A program made the position numbers and the translations under genes. The notes beneath the pieces are model-generated. The model searched no databases. It saw only the letters and a program-made list of their open reading frames with translations, and was not told the DNA's origin. Below, one piece after another: positions 24,126 to 35,597 of a stretch of 64,000 bases of DNA. Positions within the stretch are counted from its first letter, which is position 1; each line of letters begins with the position of its first letter. Origin of the DNA: Clostridia bacterium. Its GTDB lineage: Bacteria; Bacillota; Clostridia; Oscillospirales; CAG-272. The DNA lies in contig JAFTST010000004.1 in assembly GCA_017467165.1 (NCBI GenBank), positions 595 to 64,594 of the forward strand, given 5' to 3'.

Positions 24126-25016
24126 ATGAAAAGGCGACTTGAAGTATCAGAGCTTATATTCAAGATATTAAGCTACGTTTTCCTCACGGTTTTCGCTATC
24201 TGCTGTCTTTATCCCTTCTTATACGCCATTTCCGCGGCGATAAGCAGCAGAGAAGCGGTTGAATACGGTCAGGTAATACTGTTCCCCAAGGGAGTTCAGT
24301 TCCACGCATTTTCCGAGATGTTCAACAACAATATGTTCTGGAACTCCTACACGAACACTCTGTTCATCACGTTCTACGGTACTCTGTGGGCTATGGGCTT
24401 CTCCATTCTCGGAGGCTACGCCCTCTCGAAGAAGAGACTGCTGTTCAGAAAGGGCTTCAATTTCTTCCTCGTTTTCACTATGTGGTTCTCCGCAGGTATC
24501 GTTCCGCAGTATCTCAATTATCTTAACACCAAGGAAGTTTTCGATTTCATCGGCATCACGGACGACAAGTGGCTCGTCGTTATCGCTATGGGTATGCAGG
24601 CGATGAATATAATCCTTCTCCGAAACGCCTTTGAGGGAGTTCCCTCGGAGATAGAGGAGGCGGCAATAGTTGACGGAGCTACCGAGATGCAGGTGCTCGG
24701 CAGAGTATATCTTCCTATGTGTAAGTCCACTATCGCGACAGTCGCGCTGTTCTTCGCTATCTCGCGCTGGAACGGTTACTTCTGGGCGCGCCAGATGATC
24801 ACCAACTCCAACGAGCATCCTCTGCAGGTATTTATCAGACTTAAGCTCGAGGAGCTGCAGGACTCGGAGTTCCTGACAGGCTGGGATAAGCCGTACTCCG
24901 CAGACTCGGTTATCTACGCGCTTATCGTATGCTCCATTATCCCCATTCTCGTTATTTATCCCTTCATTCAGAAGTATTTCGCCAAGGGCGTGAATATGGG
25001 CGGCGTTAAGGAATAA
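24126..25016 (+). CDS. carbohydrate ABC transporter permease (LplC/MalG-type)
   Basis: EEAAIVDGATEMQVLGRVYLPM (EAA loop), 6 TM, GGAGG RBS. Confidence 0.85.
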   Translation: MKRRLEVSELIFKILSYVFLTVFAICCLYPFLYAISAAISSREAVEYGQVILFPKGVQFHAFSEMFNNNMFWNSYTNTLFITFYGTLWAMGFSILGGYALSKKRLLFRKGFNFFLVFTMWFSAGIVPQYLNYLNTKEVFDFIGITDDKWLVVIAMGMQAMNIILLRNAFEGVPSEIEEAAIVDGATEMQVLGRVYLPMCKSTIATVALFFAISRWNGYFWARQMITNSNEHPLQVFIRLKLEELQDSEFLTGWDKPYSADSVIYALIVCSIIPILVIYPFIQKYFAKGVNMGGVKE

Positions 25017-25088
25017 GACGCCGTAACACAGGTTATTATTGCGCAGGACGCTTAATAATAAAAAATATTTTATCAGGAGGAAACCCCC

Positions 25089-27269
25089 ATGAAAAAGAGT
25101 AGAATACTCGCGCTTCTACTTGTGCTTTGCATGCTTGTATCTGTAATTACAGCCTGCAAGCCAAAACCAACTCCCGATCCCGATCCCACACCCACCCCCA
25201 ATCCCGAGCTGAAGCTCGAATATGCGGAGGGCACAGTTCTCCGTATGGCAACCGGTTATAACAACAAGAAGACCGGTCTGTTCTTCGACGCAGAAGTTGC
25301 AGGCGAGGGCATCAAGCTTGCTGACGGCGTGACCTATCACTCCGGCGACCTCAAGCCCACCTGGGTTGAGGTACAGAATCAGCTCAAGGTAGCATTTGAG
25401 AACAAATACCAGGGCAAGAGCGCTACAGAAGAGTACAAGTTCTGGCAGGAAAAGCTTAATGAGGTTGATATGGTGAGCGGTACCGCATCTCAGCTTTCTG
25501 AGGCAGGCGTAGCCGGCAAGCTTATCAACATCGCTGAGTACCTTGACTATATGCCTAACTTCAAGGCATACCTTGAGGCTAACCCCATCGTTCGCCTCTC
25601 CATCACAGGTGACACCTCTAACGGTGCTATCTACTTCTCCCCCTACTTCGACGGTGTTAACGACATCGAGCGTATGCCCCTTATGCGTGTTGACTGGGTT
25701 GAAAAGCTCCTCAACGGCGAGGGCGAGTTCACCGCAGAGGCTTCCAAGAATCTTGCTGCAGCAAGCTACACCCCCTATATGCCCACCACCGGAACAGTAG
25801 AGGTTGACGTAGTTAAGGCTGACGGCTCGGGAACCGAAAAGGTTACCAAGAACTACACCGCGGCAGGCAATATCGTTAAGGTTATGAACGACGCTCTCGC
25901 AGCAGGCACCGTTACCGGTGTTGAGGCTGTTAATATGCTTCGCGACTACATCGACGACGCGTACAACGGATACTACGGAACCAACCGCGCTGACCTCTTC
26001 GTTGGCCAGAACGCTGCTTGGGACGCAGACGAGCTCGTAGCTCTTCTTCGTTGCGTAGTTGCTAACCCCCAGACTCTCAACGGCAAGGATTCCATTCAGG
26101 GCTTGTTCTCCAGAGAGGATAGCAACAACCAGAGAAGGATTGATATGTTCCGCTTCGCAGGAACTCTGTTCGGCGTTCGCGGACTTGAGTCCAGACAGGA
26201 TTATCTCTACATAGGCACCGACGGCAATCTCCACGATGCTCGTCAGGAGGCTGATACCTACGTTGCTCTTGAGAGAATGAACGCTATGGTTAAAGAGGGC
26301 CTTATCGCTCAGTCCTTTGTTGAAAATGAGGCTAACTCCACCGACAAGATGCTCGAGCTTGACCTTGGCTTTATGCACTACGACTACAACCAGACCCAGA
26401 CCGTATATAACGAGACCAAGCTTAACAAGATAAAGCTTGAGGACGTCACGTTTGTTGATTCAGACCTTGGCGAGAAGTATATGGAAGTTATGGTTCCCGG
26501 TGCACACTGGTTTGACGGCACCGAGGGCGGCGTATATATGAGATTTACCGAGTCCTGGAGATCTGTTAAGACCGACGGTTGGGGCATCTCCAAGGCAGGC
26601 GTTGGCGACGATACCAACAAGCTCAACGCAGCTCTTGCTCTTATCGACTTCGCATACAGCCAGAAGGGACAGATTCTTATGTCCTACGGTCCCGACGCCT
26701 TCATCAAGACTAAGGCTGACGGCTCTTACGTAACCTTCGACTTCAACGGTCAGCAGATGCCCGTTATCGCAGACGCTACCTACGAGGAGCTTTGGACCCT
26801 TGCAAGCGGTAACTACACCAACTACGCTCGTATGTACCTCGGCTCCACTCTCTCCTTTGTGAAGAGCCAGGCGTTTGAGTATCAGTGCACTCACAAGGTT
26901 GGTAAGGAAGGCGCGGCTAAGATATCCAGAGCTATCGCTCTTGGCACTATCAAGCATCCCGAGCTTGCTATCACCGAGAATCCCTGGTACACCTCCGTTC
27001 CCACCGTTCTTCCCAACACCAAGGCGGAGAATGATACCATAGGCGACTTCACGGAGCTCACCTCCAGCGGTAAGTTCTCGCAGTCCAAGCCTCCCGCAAC
27101 CAATATCTTCGTTGACATCATTACCGACGGATATTCGGGCGACGGCACAGCAGACAGAGCTTCTATGCTCAACACCGTTAAGGATACCTGGGGCGGCAGC
27201 GCATACCTTGCTCTCAAGGAGCGCGCTTGGGACAGACTCGTTAAGTACTACGAGGACCTCAATAAGTAA
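25089..27269 (+). CDS. unusually large (726 aa) lipoprotein solute-binding protein of the ABC importer
   Basis: Lipoprotein signal MKKSRILALLLVLCMLVSVITAC followed by a P/T/D linker. The position and composition resemble LplA-type family-1 SBPs. Confidence 0.7.
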   Translation: MKKSRILALLLVLCMLVSVITACKPKPTPDPDPTPTPNPELKLEYAEGTVLRMATGYNNKKTGLFFDAEVAGEGIKLADGVTYHSGDLKPTWVEVQNQLKVAFENKYQGKSATEEYKFWQEKLNEVDMVSGTASQLSEAGVAGKLINIAEYLDYMPNFKAYLEANPIVRLSITGDTSNGAIYFSPYFDGVNDIERMPLMRVDWVEKLLNGEGEFTAEASKNLAAASYTPYMPTTGTVEVDVVKADGSGTEKVTKNYTAAGNIVKVMNDALAAGTVTGVEAVNMLRDYIDDAYNGYYGTNRADLFVGQNAAWDADELVALLRCVVANPQTLNGKDSIQGLFSREDSNNQRRIDMFRFAGTLFGVRGLESRQDYLYIGTDGNLHDARQEADTYVALERMNAMVKEGLIAQSFVENEANSTDKMLELDLGFMHYDYNQTQTVYNETKLNKIKLEDVTFVDSDLGEKYMEVMVPGAHWFDGTEGGVYMRFTESWRSVKTDGWGISKAGVGDDTNKLNAALALIDFAYSQKGQILMSYGPDAFIKTKADGSYVTFDFNGQQMPVIADATYEELWTLASGNYTNYARMYLGSTLSFVKSQAFEYQCTHKVGKEGAAKISRAIALGTIKHPELAITENPWYTSVPTVLPNTKAENDTIGDFTELTSSGKFSQSKPPATNIFVDIITDGYSGDGTADRASMLNTVKDTWGGSAYLALKERAWDRLVKYYEDLNK

Positions 27270-27408
27270 TATCTTACAAGATTTCGTATTTCTGAATTCA
27301 CCGAGCGGTGAATAAGTCGGGGGGAGCTCCCGCTCCCCCTTGACTGAAAAAAGCCATGCCGTCTGGCATAGGACGGCAATTTACAGCCGTATGGCACGGA
27401 GATAAACG

Positions 27409-28002
27409 ATGTATAAGAAACAAATGTTATTCCAGCGCATCATATGCTACGCCCTACTTATCGCGGCGGTGCTCGTGTTCGTATATTCTCTCGGCATTAT
27501 GACCAACCTCTACGATGCGCTTTATCTTTATTCCGAGGACCCCGAAAATCCCGTAGTACAGGGAGCGGAGGTTTATATTCATATGCAGCCCTTCAACAGG
27601 CAGCTTACAGCCGCGGGAATAGCGCTTATTCTCTCCGCGGTAGCTCTCTTCGTGACGAATACTCACAAGAGGAGAAAATATTACATAGGAAATTACGTTA
27701 CGGTTGATATAAACGCGGTGTTGACCGTGGTTACGTCCGTATGGGCGCTTATCAACGTTGCTGAATATAAAGAGGCGTTTTTGAAAGTTGATTTCGAGGC
27801 GCTAAAGGCAGAATCCCAAATCTTCAAGACATTGTATACAGAGTCGACCTTCTGGTTTGATATAAGCGTTCCAGTGTTCGCTATTCTTCTTCTGGTTACC
27901 GCTCTCAGTATCGGAAACCTGGTCTTCAAGATTCTGCTTATGCGCGGCGAGAAGAGATTGCTCGAGCAGTCGGGGCAGATTTCCACGGAGGTGACTGAGT
28001 GA
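27409..28002 (+). CDS. 4-TM membrane protein, unknown function (P1)
   Basis: 197 aa with four hydrophobic helices and a basic loop HKRRKYY after TM2. It lies inside the ABC operon. Confidence 0.55.
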   Translation: MYKKQMLFQRIICYALLIAAVLVFVYSLGIMTNLYDALYLYSEDPENPVVQGAEVYIHMQPFNRQLTAAGIALILSAVALFVTNTHKRRKYYIGNYVTVDINAVLTVVTSVWALINVAEYKEAFLKVDFEALKAESQIFKTLYTESTFWFDISVPVFAILLLVTALSIGNLVFKILLMRGEKRLLEQSGQISTEVTE

Positions 28003-28496
28003 TGACAAATGCTAATGTGAATTTAAAGCACGACAGAATGCGTTTTATCAAGAACAAGACCTCTGCCAATCTTGCCCTTCTCGGCATTGTTTTCAACGTG
28101 CTCTACTTCGTCAGCATTTATTCCTCTGACGTCGGAAACTACTATTACAAGGCAGAAATAGGCATATCCGTTGTATATAATCTGCTTTTCCTGCTTATTA
28201 CCTTCCTCTCTTCCGAGGGAGTTAAGAGCTACAAGCTCTCGTATTCGTATATACTCATCGGCGTGGGCGCTATGCAGATTGTCAGAATATTCAAGATACC
28301 GCTTGAGGCGGTCAGGGCTGTGATTACCGTATCGGGCGCAGAGGAGGCTGTTATGTCAGGCAGGCAGTTTGCCTACGTCACGGTAATGCTCACACTCTCT
28401 GCCGTGTGCTGTATCGCGGGCGGTATTATAGGCGTTATTCGCACGGGTACGCTTGAGGCGTACAACAAATCACTCGCCGAGGGCGAAAAGAACTAA
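27999..28496 (+). CDS. 4-TM membrane protein, unknown function (P2)
   Basis: 165 aa. Its start overlaps the P1 stop (ATGA). Four hydrophobic helices. Confidence 0.55.
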   Translation: MMTNANVNLKHDRMRFIKNKTSANLALLGIVFNVLYFVSIYSSDVGNYYYKAEIGISVVYNLLFLLITFLSSEGVKSYKLSYSYILIGVGAMQIVRIFKIPLEAVRAVITVSGAEEAVMSGRQFAYVTVMLTLSAVCCIAGGIIGVIRTGTLEAYNKSLAEGEKN

Positions 28497-28516
28497 AGAA
28501 AGGCGCGGGTCATAAT

Positions 28517-29578
<1,062 letters not shown>

Positions 29579-29588
29579 GGAGCCCGGA

Positions 29589-30170
29589 ATGAATAAAGTT
29601 AAAGCTGTATTAATAAAATTTGGCTCCTGGTTGAAGGAGAGGGCTCGCCGCCTGATTGTATTTCTTAAAAAGAGCCCCGAGATGATACCGATAACCTCGC
29701 TCGTCGTGTCCTTTCTCGTGTATTCTCTGAATCTTACCGATATATCGGACACAACGGCGAAGATATACGGATCCTTTATGGGACTTTGCTCCTTCGTCAC
29801 TATGCTCTTTATGATTCTTTCCTTCGTATGTATGCTCAGCGCGTTCCCGAAGAGAAAAAAGCCGAACGCTCTGATGATAGTGCTGATGATGGCTATGTAC
29901 GCTGTGGTTATAGCTGCCGACGTGCTTTATTATATCCGAATAGAAAACGCGCTTACCAGAGCCGAAAGCCCCATTAAGCTCACCGAGAGCACGATGTATA
30001 TCTGGTCGGCTCAGAACGTTGTAGTTATTCATATCATCACCGTAGTTATAACGATGGCTCTCGTTCTTCTTGAGCCGCTTATCGCAAAGCTTCTCAGGAA
30101 AATCAATACCACCGTTGAGCTCGAGGATAGCGCTACGATGGAGGAAATCGAGCTTTCCGAGGACGAATAA
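29589..30170 (+). CDS. 4-TM membrane protein, unknown function (P3)
   Basis: 193 aa with four hydrophobic helices, a basic loop PKRKKP after TM2 and an acidic tail. Confidence 0.55.
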   Translation: MNKVKAVLIKFGSWLKERARRLIVFLKKSPEMIPITSLVVSFLVYSLNLTDISDTTAKIYGSFMGLCSFVTMLFMILSFVCMLSAFPKRKKPNALMIVLMMAMYAVVIAADVLYYIRIENALTRAESPIKLTESTMYIWSAQNVVVIHIITVVITMALVLLEPLIAKLLRKINTTVELEDSATMEEIELSEDE

Positions 30171-30178
30171 GAAACGAA

Positions 30179-30835
30179 ATGGCAAAAAAACAAAAAAATA
30201 CCAACTCCGCACCAAAGAGCAACGGAAGCGACAGAAAAAACAACCCGTACGCATTGAATACCGACGCGGTTGACAGGCTGGTCACGGCGGATGAAAAAAG
30301 CTATCCGAAGCTCACGATAGAAAACGACCCGAGAAAAAAGTACAAGGGTGGATTTCTTGACAGAGTACCGACCTGGATTAAGGCGCTTTTTATGAAGTTC
30401 TGGTTCAACGGCGCGGTATGCTTCTTCATCTTTTGGGGACTCGGTATGTATATTAAGAGCATGGCGGATATGATTATAATCCTCGCCGTCGTTCTCGGTA
30501 TGGTGACCGATATACTCGTCAATAACGCCTTCCGCTTCTTCGCTACGGTTGAGGGCTCGCTCGACGGGTGGATGATGTTCCCGAAAAAACGATTTATTAA
30601 CTTCTTTTTGAATATAATCTACGCCTTCGCCGTGCTCCTGTGCGTTATATGGATATACAACGTTGTCAACGTGTTGCTGAATAATATCAGCGGCACCGAG
30701 GGCGAGATAAAGCTGGGTGTAGAGCCGATACTCTTCGGCGTGTTCTACGTTGTCGTCGATATGTGTCTGATTTCAATAAAAAATATGGTAGTCAGCATTG
30801 TCAGCGATGCGAAAAAGAAAAACGGAATTGACTGA
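30179..30835 (+). CDS. membrane protein with basic N-terminal tail and ~4 TM, unknown function (P4)
   Basis: 218 aa. The N-terminal ~65 aa are hydrophilic (KKQKNTNSAPKSNGSDRKNN...), followed by hydrophobic helices. Confidence 0.55.
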   Translation: MAKKQKNTNSAPKSNGSDRKNNPYALNTDAVDRLVTADEKSYPKLTIENDPRKKYKGGFLDRVPTWIKALFMKFWFNGAVCFFIFWGLGMYIKSMADMIIILAVVLGMVTDILVNNAFRFFATVEGSLDGWMMFPKKRFINFFLNIIYAFAVLLCVIWIYNVVNVLLNNISGTEGEIKLGVEPILFGVFYVVVDMCLISIKNMVVSIVSDAKKKNGID

Positions 30836-30837
30836 TT

Positions 30838-32382
30838 ATGTTAAACATACTTTTCACAACCTCGACCTCTGCCGCATTTGAGTGGCAGGGAAACGAGCCC
30901 TATTATACCGAGCGCGAATACACGGTTTTCCTTGACGGCGAGGTCGCCCACAGAGGTAACACCAACGTCTTTTCGCTTTTTGGTCTTGTGCCGGGAAGAG
31001 AATACACCCTGACGGCTGACTGTATGGAGGGCGAGCTTCGCTTTTCCACTCTTACTGAGTCGGCGGCTGTAAGCGTTCGCGATTTCGGCGCTGTCGGTGA
31101 CGGCGCGACCGACGATACCGTGGCTATACAGACCGCGGTTAACTGTATGCCAAGGGGAGCAAGACTGATATTCCCCGAGGGAACCTATCTCACGTCACCC
31201 ATATGCCTGAAGAGCCATATTACCATCGATATCCCCGAGGGAGCGGTGCTTCTCGGCCACACCGAAAAATGCCGCTATCCCATTATTCCCGGAAAGCTCA
31301 CCGATGCTGTGAGCGGCGACGAGGTGCACTTCGGAAGCTGGGAGGGCAACGCCGTGCCTATGCACCAGGCTCTGCTCTTCGCAGAGTACGCAGAGGATAT
31401 AACCATCGTCGGAAGGGGCAGAGTTGACGGCAACGCAGAGGCGGCAGGCTGGTGGATAGACGTCAAGAGCTATCCCGTGGGCAGACCGAGGCTGATGTTC
31501 TTCAACAGATGCGAGAGTGTGAGAGTGCACGGAATCCACGCCTGCAACTCGGCGTCCTGGCAGATGCACCCGTATTTCAGCCGCAGGGTTGATTTCGTGG
31601 ATATGTTCATTTCAGCGCCCAAGGACAGCCCTAATACCGACGCTATCGACCCGGAGGCGTGCGATGAGGTTAACATCATTGGCTGCAGGTTCAGCGTTGG
31701 TGACGACTGTATCGCTATAAAGTCAGGAAAGATTGAAATTGGCAGGAAATTCAAAACACCCGCCAACCGACATACTATAAGAAACTGCCTCATGCAGTTC
31801 GGACACGGAGCCGTCACGCTTGGCAGTGAGATGGCAGGCGGAGTTACTAACCTCACGGTTAACCGCTGTGTGTTTATCGCCACCGACCGCGGTCTCAGAA
31901 TCAAGACTCGCAGGGGAAGGGGCAAGGACGCCGTTATTGACGGCGTAGTATTTGAAAATATTAAGATGGACGGTGTTCTCACCCCCATCGTTATCAATAT
32001 GTGGTACAACTGCTGTGACCCCGACAGAAACAGCGAGTACGTATGGTCAAGAGAGCATTTGCCCGTTGACGAGAGGACTCCCTATCTCGGAAGCTTCACC
32101 TTCAGAAATATGGAGTGCCTTAACTGTCAGGCGGCGGCGTGCTACTGCGATGGCTTGCCCGAGATGCCCATAGGCGAGATTACCCTCGAGGGTATAAAAT
32201 TCACCTTCGCCGAGGACGCTGAGCCGTCGAAGCCGGCTATGCGTGAATTTATGGAGCCTATGTGTCGGGCGGGAATGTACTTCGACAACGTCGGAAAACT
32301 CACGGTCAAGGACGTTACGCTCGAGGGCGTGGTTGGCGACGAGCTTATCGCGAGCCACATAGGAGAGCTTGTCAGAAAATAA
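30838..32382 (+). CDS. glycoside hydrolase family 28 (polygalacturonase / exo-polygalacturonosidase)
   Basis: GH28 motifs NTDAIDP, GDDCIAIKSG, GHGAVTLGSE and RGLRIKT. The N-terminus VRDFGAVGDGATDDT is typical of the pectate-lyase-fold family. Confidence 0.9.
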   Translation: MLNILFTTSTSAAFEWQGNEPYYTEREYTVFLDGEVAHRGNTNVFSLFGLVPGREYTLTADCMEGELRFSTLTESAAVSVRDFGAVGDGATDDTVAIQTAVNCMPRGARLIFPEGTYLTSPICLKSHITIDIPEGAVLLGHTEKCRYPIIPGKLTDAVSGDEVHFGSWEGNAVPMHQALLFAEYAEDITIVGRGRVDGNAEAAGWWIDVKSYPVGRPRLMFFNRCESVRVHGIHACNSASWQMHPYFSRRVDFVDMFISAPKDSPNTDAIDPEACDEVNIIGCRFSVGDDCIAIKSGKIEIGRKFKTPANRHTIRNCLMQFGHGAVTLGSEMAGGVTNLTVNRCVFIATDRGLRIKTRRGRGKDAVIDGVVFENIKMDGVLTPIVINMWYNCCDPDRNSEYVWSREHLPVDERTPYLGSFTFRNMECLNCQAAACYCDGLPEMPIGEITLEGIKFTFAEDAEPSKPAMREFMEPMCRAGMYFDNVGKLTVKDVTLEGVVGDELIASHIGELVRK

Positions 32383-32396
32383 TCCCGGGAGATTAT

Positions 32397-33527
32397 ATGT
32401 ATAGAAAAATCGACGCTTATATAGACGGGCTTATGCGTCTGTCGACACCCGATATGCCGATGTGGAACATAGAGAGCATAAGGGGAGGAAAGAAGCCGCA
32501 CTGGAATTACATAGACGGCTGTATGATAACCTCGCTTATAGCTATCGGTGAAATAACGGGGGATAAGAGATACTTCGAGTTCTCAGAGAGCTTTATCGAC
32601 TACTACGTGTCCGAGGACGGAAGCATTCTTGGCTACGATATAGAGAAGTACAACCTCGACGATATCAACGAGGGCAGAGTTCTTTTCCCACTTTATCACC
32701 GCACGGGCAAGGAGAAGTACCGCCTTGCTATTGAAAAGCAGCGCGCTCATCTTCTCTCACAACCCAGAACGGTAACGGGAAGCTTCTGGCATAAGCTCAT
32801 ATATCCAAACCAGGTATGGCTTGACGGAATATATATGGCGCAGGTTTTCTCCGCGCTGTATGCAAGGGAGCTCGGAGGCTCTGACTACTCTGACCTTCTT
32901 TCTCAGATAAGAAACGTCAGAAAGTATATGAAGGACGAGAAAACCGGACTGTACTACCACGGAATAGACTATTCCAAGAGTATATTCTGGGCGGACAAGG
33001 AAACGGGGCTTTCAAAGAACTTCTGGCTCCGCTCTATCGGATGGTTTTCGGTTGCCCTGGCAGATATAATTGAGATATGCGACATCCCCGAGGTTAAGGC
33101 GGAGCTTTCGGAGATTTTCTCCGAGCTTATGCACAGCGTCCTGAAATACAGGGACGGGGAAAGCGGAATGTATTGGCAGGTTGTGGACTGCCCGGGAAAA
33201 GAGGGAAATTACCTCGAAACCAGCGGCTCGTCAATGCTCGCCTATTCGATGCTCAAGGGCGCGAGGCTTGGCGTGCTTTCTCCCGAGTTTTCAAGGCTCG
33301 GAAGAGAAACCTTTGACGGAATACTTGAAAAATACCTGACGGTGAGCGAGGACGGAGAGCTGGTGCTCGGCGGCATCTGCCTTGTGGCAGGTCTCGGACC
33401 CGAGAACAACACCCGCCGCGACGGCTCGTATGAGTACTATATCTCAGAGCCCGTGGTCGAAAACGATGCCAAGGGAGTTGCTCCCTTCGTACTGTGCTAT
33501 ACCGAGATTTTAAGACAGGGAAAATAA
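32397..33527 (+). CDS. unsaturated rhamnogalacturonyl hydrolase (GH105, YteR/YesR-like)
   Basis: WNYIDGCMITSL..., LDDINEGRVLFPLY, FWHKLIYPNQVWLDGIYM. The start is placed at ATG 32397 (GGGAG RBS) and not at the overlapping 32262. Confidence 0.85.
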   Translation: MYRKIDAYIDGLMRLSTPDMPMWNIESIRGGKKPHWNYIDGCMITSLIAIGEITGDKRYFEFSESFIDYYVSEDGSILGYDIEKYNLDDINEGRVLFPLYHRTGKEKYRLAIEKQRAHLLSQPRTVTGSFWHKLIYPNQVWLDGIYMAQVFSALYARELGGSDYSDLLSQIRNVRKYMKDEKTGLYYHGIDYSKSIFWADKETGLSKNFWLRSIGWFSVALADIIEICDIPEVKAELSEIFSELMHSVLKYRDGESGMYWQVVDCPGKEGNYLETSGSSMLAYSMLKGARLGVLSPEFSRLGRETFDGILEKYLTVSEDGELVLGGICLVAGLGPENNTRRDGSYEYYISEPVVENDAKGVAPFVLCYTEILRQGK

Positions 33528-33528
33528 T

Positions 33529-34383
33529 ATGAGGCTTATGATACGTGCTCACGACCTTGGTGTCAGGGGAGAGCGTGAGATAGCAGCCGCGGCGCGCGCC
33601 CTCGGTCTTGACGGAGTGCAGCTCGTGGTCTATAAGGCTGTTGACGATGTGAAATATGAGCAGGGCTCGATAACGAAAGAGAGAGCGGAAAAGATAGCTT
33701 GCGCGCTTTCCGAGGGGGGTGTCGGGGTTGCGCTTATCGGCGCGTACTTCAATCCCGTGCATCCGAACAGAGAAAAGGCGGAGCGGGGAATAAGAATCTT
33801 CGAGGAATATCTTTCTATGTGCTCCTCTCTTGGCTGTGACACGGTAGGCAGTGAAACGGGCTCTTATATGGGCGACCCCTGGGGCTATCACCCCGGCAAC
33901 CTGACAGACGAGGCTTTTGATAGAGTCGTAGAGGTCTTCTCGGGTCTTGCCGAGGTGGCAGAAGGATACGGAGCTAATATAGCCGTCGAGGGCGCGTACA
34001 ATCACGTCTGCTCAACACCCAAAAGGCTCGCGGAATGTGTCGCGCGTATCGGCAGAGAAAACGTAAGAGTCATATTTGACCTTTATAACTACCTCAATAT
34101 AGAAAATCACGGAAGAGCATACGAAATACTCGACGAAGGGCTTGAGCTTTTCGGAGAGAAAATAACGCTCTTTCATATAAAAGACTATACAGTCGATGGC
34201 GACAGACTGTCGCAGTGCGGAGTAGGCAAGGGTATTCTCGACTACAAGAGAATAATAGCGAAAATCTTCAGGCACAACCCCAATGCCACCCTCGTTTTAG
34301 AGGGCACGGTCGGTGAGGATATAGCCTACTCTGTCAGACATCTTGGAAAAATAATCAGCGAAACAGAAAACACTCTAGCATAG
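33529..34383 (+). CDS. sugar-phosphate isomerase/epimerase (xylose-isomerase-like TIM barrel)
   Basis: 284 aa. The pattern (LGCDTVGSETG..., IAVEGAYNHV..., FDLYNY..., FHIKDY) is typical of the AP-endonuclease-2/TIM-barrel family. Confidence 0.65.
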   Translation: MRLMIRAHDLGVRGEREIAAAARALGLDGVQLVVYKAVDDVKYEQGSITKERAEKIACALSEGGVGVALIGAYFNPVHPNREKAERGIRIFEEYLSMCSSLGCDTVGSETGSYMGDPWGYHPGNLTDEAFDRVVEVFSGLAEVAEGYGANIAVEGAYNHVCSTPKRLAECVARIGRENVRVIFDLYNYLNIENHGRAYEILDEGLELFGEKITLFHIKDYTVDGDRLSQCGVGKGILDYKRIIAKIFRHNPNATLVLEGTVGEDIAYSVRHLGKIISETENTLA

Positions 34384-34403
34384 AAAAGGGTAAGGAGTAT
34401 ACT

Positions 34404-35495
34404 ATGGCATACCTTTCTTTAAAAGAAATCAATAAGATTTATCCCAACGGCTTCCACGCCGTGCACGATTTCAACCTCGATATCGAAAAGGGTGAATTTA
34501 TAGTCCTGGTCGGACCGTCCGGATGCGGAAAGTCCACGACGCTTAGAATGATAGCGGGACTTGAAAACATCAGCAAGGGAGAGTTCTACATAGACGGCAA
34601 GCTCGCCAATGAAAAGAGCCCGAGAGATCGCGGTATAGCGATGGTATTCCAGTCCTACGCCCTGTATCCTCATATGTCGGTGTACGATAACCTCGCCTTC
34701 GGACTCTCCTTGCAGGGAATTGACGATGAAATCATCGACGAAAGAGTGCAGAATATCGCGCGCATACTCGGTCTTACCGATTATCTTGACAGAAAGCCGA
34801 GACAGCTCTCGGGCGGTCAGCGCCAGCGTGTTGCGGTAGGCCGCGCTATAATCAGAAAGGTGGGAGTGTTCTTAATGGACGAGCCGCTCTCCAACCTCGA
34901 TGCGAAGCAGAGGGTTACGATGCGCTCGGAGATTACAGACATTCACAGAAAGGTCGGCGCAACCACGGTGTACGTCACTCACGACCAGACCGAGGCTATG
35001 ACGATGGCAGACAGGATAGTGGTTATGAAGGGCGGCTACGTACAGCAGGTAGGTACACCCTACGAGCTCTACTTCAACCCCGTCAATATGTTCGTCGCGG
35101 GCTTTATCGGCGAGCCGCCTATGAATTTCATCAGCTCACCTGTGACGGATGGAAAAATGACCGTCGGCAACAAGGACATTGAGCTCTCGGGAGTTCTTTC
35201 CGAGGAAGTGATAAAGGCGTATGAGGGAAAGGAGCTGGTTCTTGGCTTCCGTCCGGAGTCTATTCTGCTTGGCGAGAGGGAGAATGCGCTGAGCTTTGAG
35301 GCAGAGGTACAGCTTACCGAGCTTCTCGGCGATAACACCAACGTCTACGTCACACTCGGAAATGATAGCCCGATACTCAAGGTAGACCCCCACGATACTC
35401 CGAAGGTTGACAGCACCGTTACCTTCTCTATACCCCTTGAGTCAGCCTATTTCTTCGACAAGGAAACCGAGCTCGTTATCAGAAAGACGAACTGA
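34404..35495 (+). CDS. sugar ABC transporter ATP-binding protein (MsmX/MalK type), copy 2
   Basis: Walker A GPSGCGKST, LSGGQRQRVAVGRA, VFLMDEPLSNLD. A paralogue of the 28517 gene. Confidence 0.9.
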   Translation: MAYLSLKEINKIYPNGFHAVHDFNLDIEKGEFIVLVGPSGCGKSTTLRMIAGLENISKGEFYIDGKLANEKSPRDRGIAMVFQSYALYPHMSVYDNLAFGLSLQGIDDEIIDERVQNIARILGLTDYLDRKPRQLSGGQRQRVAVGRAIIRKVGVFLMDEPLSNLDAKQRVTMRSEITDIHRKVGATTVYVTHDQTEAMTMADRIVVMKGGYVQQVGTPYELYFNPVNMFVAGFIGEPPMNFISSPVTDGKMTVGNKDIELSGVLSEEVIKAYEGKELVLGFRPESILLGERENALSFEAEVQLTELLGDNTNVYVTLGNDSPILKVDPHDTPKVDSTVTFSIPLESAYFFDKETELVIRKTN

Positions 35496-35518
35496 TAATA
35501 TCAAAATCAGCTAAAATA

Positions 35519-35553
35519 TCAAAGGAGAGATGCCGCGGCATCTCTCCTTTTTC
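35519..35553. terminator. bidirectional terminator between the ABC/GH operon (+) and uxaCAB (-)
   Basis: GGAGAGATGC-CGCG-GCATCTCTCC palindrome flanked by AAA upstream and TTTTT downstream. Confidence 0.7.
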
Positions 35554-35597
35554 TGTATTGGGTCGGACTGTGGAAATATTAATCCTGCAGCTCCTTG

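Noticed and set aside
32262-32396. Upstream extension of the GH105 gene overlapping the GH28 3' end.
   Set aside because: The Arg/Gly-rich translation has no homology to the family. ATG 32397 has a GGGAG RBS and begins the conserved N-terminus.
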